DNA from: an uncultured Candidatus Binatia bacterium
GTDB lineage: Bacteria > Desulfobacterota > Binatia > UBA9968 > CAXXLF01
Direction of reading: 5' to 3'
DNA: 64,000 nucleotides
NCBI GenBank assembly: GCA_965218425.1
Contig: OZ244621.1
Location: forward strand, 2,432,001 to 2,496,000
The notes beneath the pieces were generated by a model, which was not told where the DNA came from, did not search any database, and saw only the letters and a program-made list of their open reading frames with translations. This document shows, piece by piece, positions 60,498-64,000 of this stretch (within the stretch, counting starts at the first letter, position 1; the number at the start of each line of letters is the position of its first letter). A program made the position numbers and the translations under genes.

Positions 60498-60551
60498 ATA
60501 CTCAACTAAAAAGAAGGAGTAAGTAAAGGGAGAGAAGGTTAACAGGGGCAC

Positions 60552-60821
60552 ATGGGGATTGTTCAGAATCATAAGAGAGACACCATTGAGCGGTTCCGGC
60601 TCCATACCGACGATACCGGATCAGCAGAGGTGCAGGTTGCCCTACTGAGTCAACGCATTGTTTACCTTACGGAGCACTTCAAGGTCCACGTTAAGGATCA
60701 TCATTCCCGTCTCGGTCTCCTCAAGCTCGTTGGTCAGAGGAGAAGGCTTCTTGAGTATCTTAAGAAAACAGATTTCGAAAGATACCAAAGTCTCATCAAT
60801 CGGTTAGGGATCAGGAAGTAA
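60552..60821 (+). CDS. rpsO: 30S ribosomal protein S15
   Basis: [33 protein letters not shown]. Confidence 0.98.
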   Translation: MGIVQNHKRDTIERFRLHTDDTGSAEVQVALLSQRIVYLTEHFKVHVKDHHSRLGLLKLVGQRRRLLEYLKKTDFERYQSLINRLGIRK

Positions 60822-60875
60822 CGATCCACCCGACTGTTTTCTTTACTCTCACCCATATCTACAAAGGTTTAGCCT

Positions 60876-63020
60876 ATGATTAAACGAGTGGAAGTAGACT
60901 ACCATGGTCGACCTCTATCCATAGAGGTGGGAAAAGTTGCCAAGCAGGCCGATGGAGCCGCACTGGTTCGCTACGGAGAAACCGTAGTATTGGTCACCGC
61001 CGTGGCCGCCAGAGAAGGCCGGGAAAATATAGATTTTTTCCCCTTGACGGTGGATTATCAGGAAAAGACGTTTGCTGCGGGGAAAATTCCGGGGGGATTT
61101 TTCAAAAGAGAAGGACGCCCCACAGAGAAGGAGATCCTCACATCCAGACTCATCGATCGGTCCATCCGGCCGTTATTTGGGGATGGTTTTAAATGTGAAA
61201 CCCAGGTGATAGCCACTGTCCTATCGGCGGACAAAGAAAATGATCCGGATGTGGTGGCCATGCTTGGAGCCTCCGTTGCATTGGAGGTCTCAGATATCCC
61301 ATTCAAGGGACCCATTGCAGGAATTCGGGTTGGCAGAATTGGGGGCAAGTGGGTCATGAACCCAACCCAGACCCAGCTCCAGGAGAGTGACGTCAATATC
61401 TTTCTAACAGGTAACCGTGACAGTCTCGTTATGGTGGAAGGCGGCGTCGCCATCCTACCTGAGGACGGTGTTCTAGATGCTCTTTTTCAAGGACATGAAG
61501 CCATGCAGACGCTCCTTGACCTTCAGGAAGAGATCAAGGGGGAAGTGGGGCGTGAAAAGCGACAGGTTCCCGAGCAGGAGAAAGATAACGTATTGGTTCA
61601 AAAGGTAAGGGACCTGGCCCAGGATAAAATACAACATGCCATCAGGATCACCGACAAGCGCCAACGCGGCAGCAGCATTGCCGAAATCAAGAGCGAGACC
61701 CTCTCACAGGCCCTTCTCGAGTTTCCAGAAAGAGGAAAAGAAATCCAGGAGACCTTGGACGATATTGAGATGGAACACCTCCGGCGGCTCATCGTGGATG
61801 ACCGCATTAGGATCGATGGTAGGGGGCTCAAGGAAGTTCGTCCGGTATCCTGTGAAGTCGGAGTGCTCCCTCGTACCCATGGATCGGCCCTCTTCACCCG
61901 TGGAGAAACCCAGGCACTTGTGGTTGCTACATTGGGGACCGGGTCCGACGAACAAAAGATTGAATCTTTGATGGGCGAAAATTACAAAAAGTTTATGCTT
62001 CATTACAATTTTCTCCCCTTTAGCACAGGAGAAGTGAAGTTCCTTCGTGGACCGGGCCGCCGGGAGATCGGGCATGGGGCATTGGCGGAAAGAGCTCTGC
62101 TCCAGGTTTTGCCTTTGGATGATAGTTTTCCCTACACGGTTCGTATTGTTTCAGAAATTTTGGAGTCCAACGGATCCACATCCATGGCTACGGTTTGTGG
62201 TGGATCCCTCGCCCTCATGGATGCGGGTGTGCCGATCAAGGCCCCAGTGGCCGGCATTGCCATGGGTTTGATCAAAGAGGACGGAGAGGTGAGGGTTCTC
62301 ACTGATATCTTGGGGGATGAGGACCATCTGGGGGACATGGACTTCAAGGTTGCCGGCACCCGTGACGGAGTCACGGCTTTACAGATGGATATCAAGATCG
62401 GTGGCGTGACCCGGGAGATTATGCAAGAAGCGCTCTATCAGGCGCAGGAGGGGAGACTGCACATCCTTTCCATTATGGAAGGCACCCTATCTGAGCCTCG
62501 TGGGGAAGTGTCCGGTCATGCCCCGCGCATTATTACCCTAAAGGTCAAACCAGAGAAGATTCGAGAAATTATCGGACCGGGAGGCAAGGTCATACGTAGC
62601 ATTGTGGAACAGACCGGGGTTAAAATTGATGTGGAAGACGATGGTACGGTGATAATTGCATCCAGTGATGAATCAGCCTCACAGAAAGCGGTGGAGATCG
62701 TTGAAAGAATTACAGCTGAGGCGGTTATTGGTAAGCTCTACAAGGGAACCGTTAGACGAGTGGTGGACTTTGGAGCTTTTGTGGAGATCATACCTGGTAC
62801 GGACGGACTGGTCCATATTTCACAGCTAGCCCATGAGCGTGTTCGTCGTGTGACGGATGTGCTCAATGAGGGCGATGAGGTAATGGTCAAAGTCATCGAC
62901 ATCGATAAACAGGGTAAAGTCAAGCTCAGTCGAAAAGATACCTTGGAGGATTCAGAACAGGCCGAATCCTCCCGTGGATCGAGGCCTCGACGTGATGATT
63001 CGAACCGAGGGGAGCGCTAA
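60876..63020 (+). CDS. pnp: Polyribonucleotide nucleotidyltransferase
   Basis: [34 protein letters not shown] and S1 domains. Confidence 0.98.
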   Translation: MIKRVEVDYHGRPLSIEVGKVAKQADGAALVRYGETVVLVTAVAAREGRENIDFFPLTVDYQEKTFAAGKIPGGFFKREGRPTEKEILTSRLIDRSIRPLFGDGFKCETQVIATVLSADKENDPDVVAMLGASVALEVSDIPFKGPIAGIRVGRIGGKWVMNPTQTQLQESDVNIFLTGNRDSLVMVEGGVAILPEDGVLDALFQGHEAMQTLLDLQEEIKGEVGREKRQVPEQEKDNVLVQKVRDLAQDKIQHAIRITDKRQRGSSIAEIKSETLSQALLEFPERGKEIQETLDDIEMEHLRRLIVDDRIRIDGRGLKEVRPVSCEVGVLPRTHGSALFTRGETQALVVATLGTGSDEQKIESLMGENYKKFMLHYNFLPFSTGEVKFLRGPGRREIGHGALAERALLQVLPLDDSFPYTVRIVSEILESNGSTSMATVCGGSLALMDAGVPIKAPVAGIAMGLIKEDGEVRVLTDILGDEDHLGDMDFKVAGTRDGVTALQMDIKIGGVTREIMQEALYQAQEGRLHILSIMEGTLSEPRGEVSGHAPRIITLKVKPEKIREIIGPGGKVIRSIVEQTGVKIDVEDDGTVIIASSDESASQKAVEIVERITAEAVIGKLYKGTVRRVVDFGAFVEIIPGTDGLVHISQLAHERVRRVTDVLNEGDEVMVKVIDIDKQGKVKLSRKDTLEDSEQAESSRGSRPRRDDSNRGER

Positions 63021-63092
63021 CCCGGATAATCCCCAAAAGGACCATGTTTGATTCCCGACGGAACCGGGTTCCTTTATTCAACTTCACTATCC

Positions 63093-64000
63093 ATGTTTAC
63101 CAAGACAGTTCTCGATAACGGCATTCGAGTCCTTTCGGAAGAAAGGTCAGGAATGAGGTCCGTTAGCCTGGGAATCTGGGTAGAAAATGGATCTCGCCAT
63201 GAGTCTCGCCAACAGGGGGGGATTTCTCACTTTATCGAGCACCTTCTATTTAAAGGCACAGAGCGACGAAGCGCGGCCCGGATCGCCGAAGAAATGGATG
63301 CCGTGGGTGGGGTCCTCAACGCTTTCACGGGTAAGGAGACCACCTGCTACTACGCCAAGGTGTTGGATGAAAACTTGTCTTTAGCCTTGGATATATTGAC
63401 GGACCTCTTTCTCCATTCAGTTTTCGATCATGAGGAGATAGATCGGGAAAGATCCGTTGTGATTCAAGAAATCTGTCAGGTGGAGGATGCCCCGGACGAT
63501 TACGTCCATGATCTGTTCAATCTGGATTTCTATGGAGACCATCCGCTGGGTCGGCCCATTTGCGGGGAAGTATCGACCGTCTCCAACTTCAAACGGGAAG
63601 AGTTCCTCAAGTTTGTTCGTGACCGCTATCTTCCGGGTCGAGTGATCATCGCAGGGGCCGGGAATTTGCGCCATGAGGATCTATTGGAGACGGTCAATCG
63701 AGATTTTTCCTCCCTCCAGGCGGGTCCTTTGACAGGAAAGTCCCTGCTACCCAAGTGCCATAAAGGAGTGTTCCGGCATTCCAAGGCCTTGGAACAGGTG
63801 CATCTGTGTCTCGGGGTCACCGGGATTCACCAGTCTCACCAAAATCGTTACGTGGCGTACCTTCTCAATACCATTCTGGGTGGAGGGATGAGTTCCCGCC
63901 TCTTTCAGGAGATTCGTGAGAAGAGAGGGAAGGCCTATTCTGTTTACTCCTTTTTGTCCTCCTATTGTGATGCGGGGTACACGGCGGTTTATGCTGGGAC
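63093..64000 (+). CDS. M16B zinc peptidase (runs off the window end; absent from the ORF track)
   Basis: MFTKTVLDNGIRV...GISHFIEHLLFKGT, NAFT.KE.TCYY, LGGGMSSRLFQEIRE; usual neighbour of pnp. Confidence 0.93.
   Translation, partial: MFTKTVLDNGIRVLSEERSGMRSVSLGIWVENGSRHESRQQGGISHFIEHLLFKGTERRSAARIAEEMDAVGGVLNAFTGKETTCYYAKVLDENLSLALDILTDLFLHSVFDHEEIDRERSVVIQEICQVEDAPDDYVHDLFNLDFYGDHPLGRPICGEVSTVSNFKREEFLKFVRDRYLPGRVIIAGAGNLRHEDLLETVNRDFSSLQAGPLTGKSLLPKCHKGVFRHSKALEQVHLCLGVTGIHQSHQNRYVAYLLNTILGGGMSSRLFQEIREKRGKAYSVYSFLSSYCDAGYTAVYAG

Noticed and set aside
1..64000. Genome-wide reassignment of TGA to Trp or Gly
   Set aside because: Conserved genes such as lysA, dapB, gltA, sixA and queF end at TGA at their expected lengths.

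Overview
Bacterial chromosomal window with a Deltaproteobacteria-like gene repertoire; Candidatus Binatota is only an impression from protein style. Left to right: the end of lysA plus dapF-dapA-dapB; a b6f-like Rieske/cytochrome b operon (split cytochrome b, an uncalled 55-aa membrane ORF, an 8-heme coiled-coil cytochrome c, a cupredoxin-like protein); a catabolic cluster (VOC, amidohydrolase, ferritin-like protein, dienelactone hydrolase, OCD/mu-crystallin); a ferredoxin-NADP reductase; a decayed zone (tusA and yeeE pseudogenes, other fragments); an acyl-CoA ligase/DUF35/thiolase trio; central metabolism (gltA, PPi-PFK, aguBA, rmuC); an accessory island at about 32.9-38.4 kb (IS110 and IS481 remnants, HEPN gene, HepT/MntA toxin-antitoxin, Bug solute-binding protein, NYN nuclease, direct repeats, attC-like sites); then pitrilysin, queF, a K+ antiporter, pckG, dnaB, thiE, ntrBC and the rimP-nusA-infB-rbfA-truB-rpsO-pnp block. 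The best hidden signal is at 38849-39556. Two ORFs in the track appear to be one AhpD/CMD-family protein with an in-frame TGA at its CxxC site (CRYU) and a SECIS-like hairpin right after it. This predicted selenoprotein lies directly upstream of a Rieske aromatic oxygenase that has no reductase nearby. No rRNA, tRNA or CRISPR array was seen. All calls are by eye from motifs; no searches were run.
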